This document shows, piece by piece, positions 1 through 11,719 of a DNA stretch of 64,000 bases. The translations under genes and the position numbers were made by a program. Below the pieces are notes generated by a model that did not search any database, was not told the DNA's origin, and saw nothing but the letters and a program-made list of their open reading frames with translations. The stretch comes from Raillietiella orientalis (taxonomy: Eukaryota). Each line of letters starts with the position of its first letter. Position 1 is the first letter of the stretch. The stretch spans positions 3,596,001 through 3,660,000 of the forward strand of contig JAYWIR010000001.1 in NCBI GenBank assembly GCA_036172245.1, given 5' to 3'.

Positions 1-950
1 TTAGCTTCCATCTCTTTCGTTCTCCTGGATGAAGTTTTTCCGGGGAGGAGAATGTTTTTCGGGCAGCTTGGCCTCCTCCGAGCGTAAGATCTGAACTTTG
101 GCGGCGAGGCATTCCTCAAACAAACTCTCCTTCCCAGTGTGATTTAAGAAGCTCGGGAATCATCTCTCCAGTTGAGCAGCTCGCACATACAATATTGAGA
201 TTTTCACCCGAGGTTCTTTTCATTAACTACTGTTGTGTTTGCAGAGTTTGCTTCAAGTCACACACTTTGATGATCAGGTCTCGCGGATAACATTTGGGCC
301 TCTGCACTCTGTGGTAAAATACCTCCACATCACATCTTGCAGCTGCAACAGATCCACAGCAAAGCAAGCATATCCTCACTGTTTCTACGAAGGAAAGTTC
401 TAAAGTCCAAGGAGAATTGAACTGCCTGCCAAACAAATTTCTCTTCTTATTGCTAATGTGTGACGTTTTGGAAGGACACTATATACACGGAATGAAGATG
501 TGTTGGAAGGCCAGAAGTGAAAAAGGTTCACTATGCGAATTCAAGTGCAGTTCTTATAGGTGGATTTTTGGGAGCTTGGAAGGTGGCGATTAGATGCTGT
601 TCAGCTCTCGACTCTCCAAAACCCATATCCTCAGCAATGACAGATCCTTTTGTAGGACCGAAAATCAATGATGATGAGTTTTCGTGTTTACTTTTGATTT
701 GTGGGGTGGCGTATTTATATCAGCGAGCTGTCCTTATAGTGAAGAGTCAACTTATGAATAGGTACTCTTGATGAACATCCCCCAAATATTCATCTTCTTT
801 CTGGCGACCTCAAACTTGTCTGGGTTCCCCTTTCGAGCAAAGTTTTCTTTTTTTTTTTTTAAGATGTCCGTCCAGGATGCCGGCCTTGATGGAACCACAT
901 CTGCAAACCCTCCGCTCCACACGTTGTCTGGAGAAAGCAAAATGCAAGGA

Positions 951-1838
951 GCATTTCAAAAGTAGGATCCGATCGGAAAGAAAGGACAACAAATAGGAGA
1001 AACCGAAATGTATTGGTGCTTCGTACACCCCCATGTCTCTTTTCGGCGTAGCCGCCATTCCTTTCCGAACACTTTTGATACAGTAGAAGAAGCTTTTCGA
1101 GACCCTCTGCATAAAACTCCGCCTCCTAAGAGTTCAGCCAGTTCAGCACTGCCGTTTTCCACTGCTCACTTTCCTCGAATCGTTGAAACACTCTGGAGAT
1201 GCAGGAAGAGGTGATAGTCACCGAGCGCGAGGTCAGGACTATAAGGTGGGTGATCGGAAAGTTCCCATTGGAATTTCCGAATTCTCTGGAGTGTGCGGAC
1301 AGCGTGTGTTGCCAAGGCGCGCGTTGTCGTGGAGGACACCCACCATTCCTGATGTCAGCATTCCACGTCGTCGGTTCTGAACGGCCCGCCGCAGTCTTGA
1401 AAGCGTTTCGCGGAAGACTTGCGAAGTGATGGTTGCTGTTGAATTCTACCAAAAGCACAGCCTTTTTGTCCCACACACTGCTGGCCGCGCACGCTACGGA
1501 CGATTCGGAAATTCCAGTGGGAACTTTCTGATCCTCCACCCATCTTACAGTGCAGACCTCGTCTCGCTGCACCTCAAGAAGTGGCTCGACGATTCGAGGG
1601 GGAAGGATTCAAGGGGTTGCAAACTGCAGTGCTGCTGAACTGGCTGAACTCTTAGGAGGCGGAGTTTTATGCAGAGGGTCTCGAAAAGCTTCTTCTACTG
1701 TATCAAAAGTGTTTGGAAAGGAATGGTGGCTACGCAGAAAAGAGACATGGGGATGCATGTGTTTAGCGCCACCAATACATTTTGGTTTCTCTTATTTGTT
1801 CTTTCTTCCTATCTGATCGACCCTTGCGTTTGAAATGC
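951..1838. mobile_element. Long imperfect palindrome (foldback/MITE-like element), ~890 bp
   Basis: Ends GCATTTCAAA (951) and TTTGAAATGC (1829-1838) are reverse complements. 1068-1148 is the exact reverse complement of 1633-1713. Diverged inverted matches continue inward (1173-1212 vs 1556-1600; 1239-1310 vs 1470-1550). No clear TSD or transposase. Confidence 0.75.
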
Positions 1839-2299
1839 GCGTCGTAGTAACACTTTTTGTAGATATTTATTAATAGCGCTAATCACGCATATGAACAATA
1901 AGCCAGGTTTTGATATTATGTAATCGATTCTTCAAACAAATGAATAAAAGCTGATGGCGTTGCTTTCCACAATGAAAGGTGTAGCAGTTTTCGACTCGAT
2001 AACGGCTCTCAGTGAATTATGGAAAAGGAAGTTGCTCTCCTTTTCGAGTTGCTCCGTATCCACAGCTCCATGACGACATCTGATTTCAAAGGGGTGCTCT
2101 CTGCACAGCGTGGAATGTTCTCAGAGGTTCAGAAGTGCTTGTCTTCTGTCTTCACATGAACTGAGAACTGGAGTAAGCTGAGGTCTTTGTTTGGTCAGCC
2201 TTGCGGAAGAAGCGATCCACGTGGATCGATTGCTTGGAGTCTGGCAGACTGCTGAAAAAAGGGGACATTTTGCTTTTTTAGCCTTGGTTTCTTTTATTC

Positions 2300-4197
2300 T
2301 TTTTCTAAAAAGACGCAGGAGGGCTGGGTGATGAGATGATGCTGAGACTCATAGTACGGGAATGTACACGAAAGCCCTCTGAGCTTTCGTGGACCGGAGT
2401 TCACTTTCGAGTGATGGCGACAGATCCATGATCTTTCCGGACGATTGAGACCGATGAGGAAGGTAATCTTGAGACACGCGCAGACTGCTGCCACCTTCGC
2501 TTCCCCAGCTGGGGGACTTCTGGAAGGAGCGAGTTCTTGTCAAGGTCCTTTTGACTGACTTGAGAGACTCTTGTTAAGCCTTCTTGACCACTTCCATCAT
2601 ACTTCGTGACACACCCATATCCTGCTTTGCGAACCAATGAAAGCGATAAGAAGTAGCCGCCTCGATTTGCATCAAGGAGGCCACTCTTTCTTGTTCCGCG
2701 CTTGTTCGTTCAACAGTCCCCTGCTTTTCGTGGCCAAAAGGGCGGAGAGATGCGAAAGTTTTCTTCCGTATCGTCTTCTGCGATCATTCCAGTATTCCGC
2801 TTTCTCTTATCCCCGCGCACAGCAAGGTCTTCCAGTGTTTGCTTCTTTCGGAGACCGCAGCGCAATCGATTGGCCTCAAGTGACATCTTTTACAATCCCG
2901 ATCGTCCTGGGAACCCGGAACTGATCGAGCGGAACGCGAAAACAAACGTAATGTCGTATGAGAACATCCAGGAAAGGAGCAGAGACCGAGCAGGACCATA
3001 GCGATGCTGGTCTGGAAGAGAGATTTTCCGCTTGAACTTTTCCCCTCCCATCAGCTTGCCGTTTGCACTCCTTTCCTGCTCTCTCTGAGGGATTCGAGCG
3101 GGAGATGACCCTCATTCCTCCCCAGGAGAGCTCAGCAACGTTCTTTTGAAAGGAGGGCTGCGGTCGATCTGCAGCTCGCAGGAATAGGGGAAAAAGTGGT
3201 GCGGGTTTTGGAAGTGGTCCTTTATCGACGGACTTCCCAGCTACAGTGTGCCACGCTTCGCCTCCACGTTCCTTCTCTGTTTGCGGGGAGAAAAAGGACG
3301 AGCTCCTGAATGCACACAGCACGCGGAAGCTGGATCACGAACGACGGGAGGTTCTGGACTGGGTTGCCGTGGTGCAAAGCCGGAAACGAATTCATTTTGT
3401 GGGTCTTCGGGCCCACAAAATGAATTTGTATCTGATGGCAAAAATCCTTTCGGGTTCCTCTTTTTCTTTTTTTGCTTTCAGATTTTTTTTCTCGGGTTTT
3501 CTTCTTTTTTTGGTTCGCCAAGTGCTGAAGAACCGTTCGCCTCCCCCTACGATTCTTAGGGGGAGGAGATTACAGAGCTCTTTGACGCTATGCACGCCAC
3601 TCGAGGGTGCGTGTTAACCCTTCGAGATAGAGAGTACCACCCTATGAATCCACGAAGGCTCCCGAGGAACGGACTCCTTCCCACGCCTGGTAGGGAACGC
3701 CGAAGGGATACTCTTCCCTGTCCAGAGGGACCCCACGGAGGGGATCTCTCCATTGTTTCCTCTCTGAAGGGAACCTGGAAAGGGACCGCTCCTGAAATTT
3801 CTTCTCTGGAGGGAACCCACTCCTTGTTTTTACTCCTTTGAAGAGCAACCCCAAAGGAGCGCTTCCCGAATTCGCTCAAGAGTGATCCCTGAAGGGAGCA
3901 GTGCACTTCTGATACTCAGGAGGCGACCCCGAGGGAGATATCAACCAGCTTTATGGCATGCAAGGGAAGTTCCCCCCCCCCTCTATTCTCAAGGGGGAGG
4001 GTAGCTTTATTTTCACAATCAGAGGGGAACTCTGGAAGGAGTCAACTCCTTGGTTCATGGAATGATCCCTGAGGGTCAACTACCAATGCCGGCCGGTCGA
4101 TGGGAGCATCCGGCTTCCACATGTGCCGCGCCCGAAGCCAACAGAGGCCAACCAACTTTTTCCTTCTGGAAGAACACGGAACCCACGACGCACCCCC
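2300..4197 (-). mobile_element. Decayed LINE (L1/Tx1-like) 5' region plus probable ORF1 remnant, copy 1
   Basis: 3433-4197 aligns by eye with 8600-9267, 22570-23079, 33030-33500 (opposite strand) and 53205-53868. Shared blocks include ggtcaact(a/t)ccaat and gaa(a)cccacgacgcacc. The adjacent minus-strand frames give broken ORF1-like peptides (LVRKAGYGCV...LLPEVPQLG). Confidence 0.5.
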
Positions 4198-6929
4198 GGT
4201 TCTCGGAGGAGGGATCGGGACTTCCTGCGAGATCCCGCTTGTCTCGAAGGCAGCGAGCACGAAGTAGGCAGGAAGTCCGGACGCCATTCGTGGATGCGTG
4301 GACGAGTTCGAAGGCAGCTATACTTGCGAAGGAGCGTCCTTCTCCTTCACTTGCGACAGCTGCCGCTGCACCTATCCTGCATGGTGAGCTCCCGCTCTGC
4401 GGAGCTGCTTGCGGATTTCCGAAAGGAAGGATCAATATGGCGCGAGCGCAAAGAATATCGCAGGAAATGCGAGAAACTTCGTTCCGTGGACCGAGACGCT
4501 CCTTCTCTTCCCCTTCCTTCCTTCCTTCTCTCCCCTCCCCCCCCTTTCCATCCTTGCTTCCTTTCCCCTCTGCTCATTAGCATGATTTCAATTTTCGGGG
4601 ATTTCATTTAAGAGGACTTTGATCTTCATTCCCTTGGATCCGCTCGGCGCAAAGTCGGATCGTTCGCGCCAAATGCCGGCGGAATTGAAATTCGATTGAC
4701 ATGGACGGGAGTCCCCGGGATCGAAGCGAAATGTCGGGGACCAGACGACGAACCAGTCTTGCATCTTCCTCCTCGACGCTGGACTTTCGTTCCCGAAGGA
4801 AGGGTGGCGCGGTGTTTCACAGTGGCACCGGCCGGTTAGCGCCTCTCGAGGCGGTCTGCGTCGAGGACCTCCCTCCGTTGCGAGCGCGCCCTGCGATCCG
4901 AGCCCGTCCCATGCCCTCGCGGGCACTGGGGAGGCTGCCCCCGGAATCGTCCAAGGGGGATTATCCGCAGTTCTGATTTGGATGCACTTCCCTCCGTTCC
5001 GGGATGCTGGGAATTGCCGAAACGGAGCGCTCTCCCCCCGAAATTGCGACAAGGGATTCCCCGACATCCCCAATAGGCATCTTTCCCCTCCCCAAAGCAT
5101 CGCGTCCACCTGCCCTTCTTCGGTCCCTGCAGAGGACCTCTCTCGCGGTCTCGAATTCCCGGGATCGCAAGACAAATAAATGCATAAATTTCGCAGGCAA
5201 GAGCGGATGCTGTGAGCACTCTTGCGGATCCAATTTCGAGGCGATCCGATCGGAATTTTCTCCCAAATTAATCATTTCGATTCCGTTTTTCGGTTCCAGG
5301 AAGTTTTTTTCCGGCGCAAGAAATCGAGATTGCTTTCCTTCCAGAGCTAATAAGAGGCGCTGGAGAGAGGCAGAGAGGTCGAATAGTATCCTCAGTTACC
5401 ACCGCCATCGTCCCTCCGTCACTGCCGTTCGGGATCGCTCCAAACACACACACACACACCCAAAAGAAAAAAAACCCAGTCGGATCTCAAGTCCTTCCGG
5501 TACGCGCGAGATCCACATCTCACCCTGGATTTCCAAACGAAGCAAGCGATCCACGGAGAATCCTCTTTAATAGCAGGCGCTGATGCTCTAAAGCAAACGC
5601 TCCGCAATTTGTCTCCAGAAATAACTAATGACTGCTATTAAAGTTGCATGCGAGAGCTCACCCATCGGCTCCAATTTAGCGAGCAGATTGCAAGCAGATT
5701 GAGATGAAAAATGTCACGTTCGCAGCATCCCAAGGACCGCTCCTCGCCGTTCCCTGTTCGTCCCTAACAGGATTGGCAGGAGGAGCCTACCTTTTGGAAT
5801 CGACGCTCCGGACCCAGGGATGGTAGACGAAATTTTGAGCGGTTCCCAAACAGCAATCCGTGGAAGGAGGAGGAGAGGATGGGAGGAAGGGGAGGTCCTC
5901 CTTCCTAGACCAGCAATGGCAAAGGACCCAGCCAGGAACGTGATTTCGATTACCGCATCCTGTTCTAGGAGCGGATCACGTTGCCGGAAGAGCTGCTGCA
6001 GGACGACGACCGGTGCTGCGCGGGGATCCCCATTCGTGGTGTGTGCTCTATTATAAAATTAGGCCAATTAATTTACATGGCAATTTAGGTAAGAGAAAAG
6101 AAAGAGGAAGAAGGAAGTTGGGAGACTGACGTTTTTTTTTTTTTTTTCAGACACACAATACCGGGTTAGATTAATGAGATAATCCGAAGGAAAGATCATT
6201 GATTTTGTCTGGAGAATTCATTATCCACCGAAGCAGACACGCGAGCAATTTTTTATTAGTGTACAAAGATCTCGTCTGTCATAAATTTTTCAGTGGGTCA
6301 CACCTGAATGCTTGATTTGGTTGCTAGGAAAATAGGGAATTGAATATTTTATTTGGGAGGATTTGGGAACGGATAAACCGTCTGCGTGGCTCAGCCACAA
6401 AAGCAGCAGTCTGCCTGAATGAAGGAGGAGCACGCGACTGAGACCTGGATGGATTGGAGACTTTCAAAATATGGACCACAATGAAACTCCACTTTATGAG
6501 GATCCTCATGTCGCAGCACATGCGGATCCTCATAAAGTGGAGGCGGTGTGCCTGGTTATCCTCCAGGATATCATCGAAAGATCTCAGTCAGAATCAGTCA
6601 GCCATCATTGCGTGTGAAGCTGCATTCAAAGACGGTTACTTTAGAGGCTTGCCAAAGTTGCAGTCTCTCGAGAAAGATTGCCATTTGCTCGCTCTACAGC
6701 TCTAACGTTACCCTGGTTACAAGCGTCAGAGGAACCGGAACGTGGTCACTGTTGGGCTGTAAATGCATGGTCGATGCAAATCTTTATGAAGCAAGCAGCG
6801 GATTGAAGACGGCTGCAAATTTAACGCCGAGGCTCTTTCAGGGATCGCAAGCAAACCTTTGGCATCTCTCAGAGACAGCAATGGAAATCCTCTTATACAT
6901 GTTCGCTCTCTCTCAAAATGGGAAGAAAA

Positions 6930-6992
6930 ACACACACACACACGCGCGCGCGCGCGCGCGCGCGCACGCACGCATCACTCACGCACGCACGC
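6930..6992. repeat. (CA)n-(CG)n alternating purine-pyrimidine tract
   Basis: Reads directly as acacacacacacacgcgcgcgcgcgcgcgcgcgcacgcacgca. Confidence 0.9.
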
Positions 6993-7948
6993 ACAGGTTC
7001 TTTTCAAAACACGAAGAGTTTTTGACTTGGAACGATGGAACGTAAAAGACAAATTTTCATATTCTATGATAAGGACGCGTACGTGCGAAGGCCATTTGGA
7101 CGAAGCTCAAATATAATCGTAAGTTCAAGTAAGGTCGTAAGTTGCATTGGGCCTTGGAGCCTTCGCTTCGAAAGTCGGCCCTGCTTCTTCACTTCATCTG
7201 AAGAGGAAAATCCTTTCCTCAAGACTTGCAGCCTCAGGCGGTTCGCAAAAAAATCCCAAAGCCGAACCATGACCTGAAGTGATGTGGGAGCGCCTTCCAT
7301 CGGGCCAACAGGACAAAGTCTACTCCTTAAATAAGCAGCTGAAGCGAGGTGGAACGAACCAAAATCAGGAGTCATCTGAAAGCAGGAAAGATCCCACCGA
7401 GAAACAAGATATGAATAAAAGAGCTCACTATGGAAAACACCGCTCCGCCAAAGAGTTTAATCATCGGAAAACCGCGAAAATAGTGTCAATGCCGCAATTC
7501 GCCAACACCCCTCTTTCGAAACGTCAGCAGTAGCAGAGAGCTCTGGGTGCGTTGAAAGGTTTTGCCCACCCGGAGTGGGAAGTCGCCGAATGATCCTGTC
7601 AGATTCGGAGTCCCAGGGGGGAGGGGGGCACATTTTACAGGGAGGTGCAGATTTTGGTTTTTGGGTTTCGTCTGGATTGCGAGGCACCACACTGTGGCAT
7701 TGCAGCATGTTTAGGGTCCTGGCCATGAGTTTCACCTCTTTCACCTCTTTTACTCGCAAGCCCCCCACATACCGTTCCTCACCGAGTACAGTTCGAGCCC
7801 ACAGTCTGGAGAACAAATCCATTTTTTTGGCAAAGACAACGGCGGCATTCAGCTGTTCGTGCGAGCTGCTTGCTTGGTTGTTTGGGACATGAAAGTTACC
7901 GAATGCGTTTCAAGAAACTCACGTGTCATAAAGAGCGACAGAAACATA

Positions 7949-7982
7949 AACAACAACAACAACGGCAACAACAACAACAACA
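7949..7982 (+). repeat. (CAA)n microsatellite
   Basis: Direct reading, with one interruption. Confidence 0.9.
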
Positions 7983-8099
7983 GAAAAAGAAAAATCTAAG
8001 AGGTTTTGAGATGGCAGCAAAAGAATTTTGAAGCTTCTCAAGATTAAATCGGTCCCAGTGAATACGCTCTGGACTTATTCGCAATCATCTTCCAGCCTG

Positions 8100-9267
8100 A
8101 AAGAGGAAGGCCGCATTCGAAAAAACACATTAGATGCAAATGAAGTGCACCAAGAGGAAAATGAGAATCTTTCATTCAGTGAGCAGAAATCTTTCCAGAA
8201 AATGAAATGAATAAAGCCATGGGAACTAAACGAGTGGATTATCAGTACGGTCTGCTGTTCCTGAGAAAGACCAAAGAAATGCCGCGTGATTTTCAATATC
8301 GAGCAAAAATTTAATTGCAGCTGAAGCTATCCAGGAAAGAAACTGATGATCCGATTGGGATAAGAGAGGAAAAAAAAATCCCCCATGATAGATAAAAAAG
8401 CCTAGGCAGACATCCTCCAGCTGCGTTGTGAGAGATGTAAATGAAAAATCCAGGGGCAGGTCCACCTACCAATTCAAATAAATTCGAATTCCGAAGCGGA
8501 AGTACCTCTCTCAGAGTGATCTTCCAAGGAATAAAGCAAGCGTTTCTCTTCCCTGCTGTCTTCACCTCGGAATATTCCCTCCAGAACCCAGAAAAGAAAC
8601 GTACTGCACTCAAGAACTGTTCACTTGGAGGCTCACGAAGCTCTTAACGGTGTTCCACGCCAACCTGAAGTGTGTGTAAATCTTCAATTTATAGGGGGTA
8701 CCCCAGGAAGGAACCGCCCTAGAAACCCAGGAAGGGCTCGCAGTCCGTTCTCTCAGACCTGGGGCAGGATCCCCGAAGGAAGATCACTTCCACCCTAGTT
8801 GTCTCCGAAGGGGAAACCCGAAGGGATCCTCTTCCTTATTCTCTCCGGAGAACCACCGAAGGGGATCGCTTCATTTTTAATTCTTCGGAGGGAATGGGTT
8901 CCCTCCGGAGGGAACTGCTCCTGTTCACTCCTCTGCAGAGAACCCCGAAGGGACGCTTCCAAATTTCTTTCAAGGGCGCTCCCCGAAAAGATCAACGCGT
9001 TTCTCGTACTCTATAGTCAATCCCTTGAGGAGGGTATCAATCAGCTCCACGGAACAGCCCAATTTTCACGACTGGAGGGGTTGGATCCTTGAGGGAACCG
9101 ATTCTTTGATTCCTGGAAGGATCCTGGAAGGTCAACTTCCAATGCTGGCCATTCAACGGGGGCATCCGGTTTGGGGGCATTCTCAAAGTACCGGGGACGC
9201 ACCAGAAGCCTTCGGGCAAACCAGCGTCATCTTGCTGGGGAAACTCGAAACCCGCGACACCCCCCCT
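8100..9267 (-). mobile_element. Decayed LINE 5' region plus ORF1 remnant, copy 2
   Basis: Has the same conserved blocks as the other copies (tcaagaactgttc, gaagggacgcttcc, ggtcaacttccaatgctggcc, actcgaaacccgcgacacc) and many ccgaaggg motifs at 8700-9130. The ORF1 assignment for 8100-8600 is weak. Confidence 0.5.
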
Positions 9268-9879
9268 TTCCTCACTCTTAGCTTCCTTGGAGAAGTCTTG
9301 GCTTCCCAGTTTCCTTGTGTCCCAGCAAATCAATCAGCCTCAAAATTCGACTCGTTCCTCTAAAGGTGGGGTAACTATAAGATGCTACCTGATAATCTGA
9401 AGTTTTTGGCTAATCACCACCTCAGCTGCCTTGCAAGTGAATCGTCCTGATTTTCTAACGGAAAGGCCCCGAGGCGTGACACATGCAGATCTTGGGGGGA
9501 TCAGTGCTTGATAGCATCCACTGAGTGAGTGGTTACCTACTCTCCCGAAGGACATCCCTTTATTTTCCTCTTACTCTCCCTTAGTAAAAAAAAAATGCTG
9601 GACCCTCCAAGCCTTGTTTTCCTATCTTTTAATAACCAAGTCTGTAGACGAGCGCGAGAGGCAAGCTTCTCTGATACTGGATTTTGATACTCGCGCGCCC
9701 GATCTCGAAAACTGCCCGGAGCTGCCACGTTTTGACTTCCCTGCTTACAAGACTCCAGCCACAGTAGCTGAAGCGATCACTGTTGACACACGTCACCAAT
9801 GCTCTGTGGTTCCGAATCCTCATGAGCCACAGGCACAAGTACCAATTCTACCGAACTTTCCTGGATTTTAAAAAAACCC

Positions 9880-10215
9880 GGACACACGGGTAAGATGAGT
9901 GCGACAAACATAGTAAACACGTTGGTCAGGAAAAGACGTGAACCTCCCGCAACTGTGGTCCTGGAGGTCCGATATGCGGATTCTCTATGATAAACACGTT
10001 AGATGCAGCACTTTCAGCCAAGGTGAATTCTTCGCCATTCTTTTCCATTCCTCATTCAAAGAAAGAGTCAAAGAAAACGAAGCAGAGTGAGCAGTCGATG
10101 CGTTTGCTGTCACCCACAGTCGTGGAAGCATCCAGAGTTCCTGTCGTGGAAGACCGACGGGACAGAAATGACAGGATCGCTTCGGTTTTAAGGCGCGCAC
10201 TGACCAACCAGCGAG
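9880..10215 (-). pseudogene. Possible APE endonuclease remnant of a LINE ORF2
   Basis: Minus-strand peptide TLAGWSVRAL...CPVGLPRQE resembles the APE N-terminal SWNVRGL and CLQE motifs. Heavily decayed. Confidence 0.25.
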
Positions 10216-10729
10216 TGTGTTCTTCCTGGCTCGCACGACGAGCGAAAGTGACTCAAACGCGATGCTCAGCTTCTTCCATACATGCGGTCACTGAACGAAT
10301 ACACGTTTTCTTTGTGGACTTGGGACCGTCGGTTGCTGAAGACGAGAGCAGGTTGCTGGTAACACGAACGGGCAGCGTGTCCTCTCGAAGGGATTCACGC
10401 GTACCACTCTCGTGGTGCCAGCGGATGCCTTCTGGGAAGGTGATTTTTGAAAATGGGGGGTGCCCCGATCCAGCTTTTCACTTTTCAGCGCAAAACCACG
10501 AGTAACTGATGTCGTGCCAGATTAGGAGGTGCTTTAGCAGCCGTCACCGACTCCATTACGAGGGAATGGAAAGAGATCAGAAGATAGCAGCAAGCGATTC
10601 TGAGTGCAGGCAGTAGCACAAGAGAAGAATTTCGTGACCAAGGGAATTAGAACGCCCAACTCCGTTCCGGAGACTTCAGGACCCTCAAATCGCTTAAACT
10701 ATGGAATCACGCAAAAGAAAATAGCGAAC

Positions 10730-10735
<6 letters not shown>

Positions 10736-10768
<33 letters not shown>
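10736..10768 (+). repeat. (GA)n microsatellite
   Basis: Direct reading. Confidence 0.95.
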
Positions 10769-10772
<4 letters not shown>

Positions 10773-11719
10773 TGGTAAATTAGAATCATCCGCATATTGC
10801 AGCATGGCAGGGTACTGCTGAAACCAAATTTAGTGGCTGAAAATTTATCTCTTTCATATGGTGTGCCTTTTGATTTTCGATGGGGCACACGTTGCAGGCC
10901 TGAGGATCGTCCTGCAATTACCAGAGTTGTTGGTGTGTTAACTGCAATGACAACTCCTGCATGTGGAATCTGGAAGGATTTCGCGTTCCATGCTCTGAAA
11001 GATTTCGCCATCTCTAGTCCTTATGGGAAAGCATCCTTCATCAGGAATTCTGCTTCATGCGACAAGCTTATCAAGTTTTATTAAGGTGCCAATAAAAAAA
11101 AAAAGAAGGAGAGAGAGGAATGGAATGAAATAGGGAGTTCAGAATACGCGCTTTCGTCGCCGTTTACTCGCTTCATCTCAGCATGGTGCGGGATGTTTTG
11201 TATCGAAAATCATTTCCTAGAAGTTTTCTAGACGTTCTCCAGTTCATCTAGGCGTCAGGTGTTCCAGGACACGAGATGGCAGCGGAGGCCTTTCGCTCAA
11301 GTGGAAAGCAATCAAATTAAATTAAATTCAACACTTAAATACTAAATTAAATTCAACCTTTAAATACTAAAATAGGTATTGCTGATGTCCCTTGTTGCAG
11401 AATCCGGTCCTGTCTTCACACTACTTAATCATACGGCAAGACATTCTTCCCTAGATTTTTCGTTATCTTCCAAGAGGCACTCTGCAGTGGACGGCTGTCA
11501 GTAGGAGATGGTAGAGAAGTCCCTGGCCACCCTATGCAGACAGTGCTCCAACATAGGGACGAAAAGGAAGATCGTGGATCATGCATCTGAAGAAGGTGGA
11601 CGTCTCGCAACACTTCCCCTCCGTGTTCCCTTACATTTCTTGGGCCATGCAAGGGCGTTCCGCCCTTGTAGGGGAACGTCCTATGGTCTTCTCACTTGAC
11701 CTTGTCTCTTCCGCAAAGT

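Noticed and set aside
8700..9130. Repeated ccgaaggg motifs as a CRISPR-like array
   Set aside because: The motifs are short, degenerate and irregularly spaced. No cas genes are present, the context is eukaryotic, and the block recurs as part of an interspersed repeat.
11319..11368. 25-bp AT-rich tandem duplication
   Set aside because: An ordinary slippage-type duplication with two copies and no further structure.
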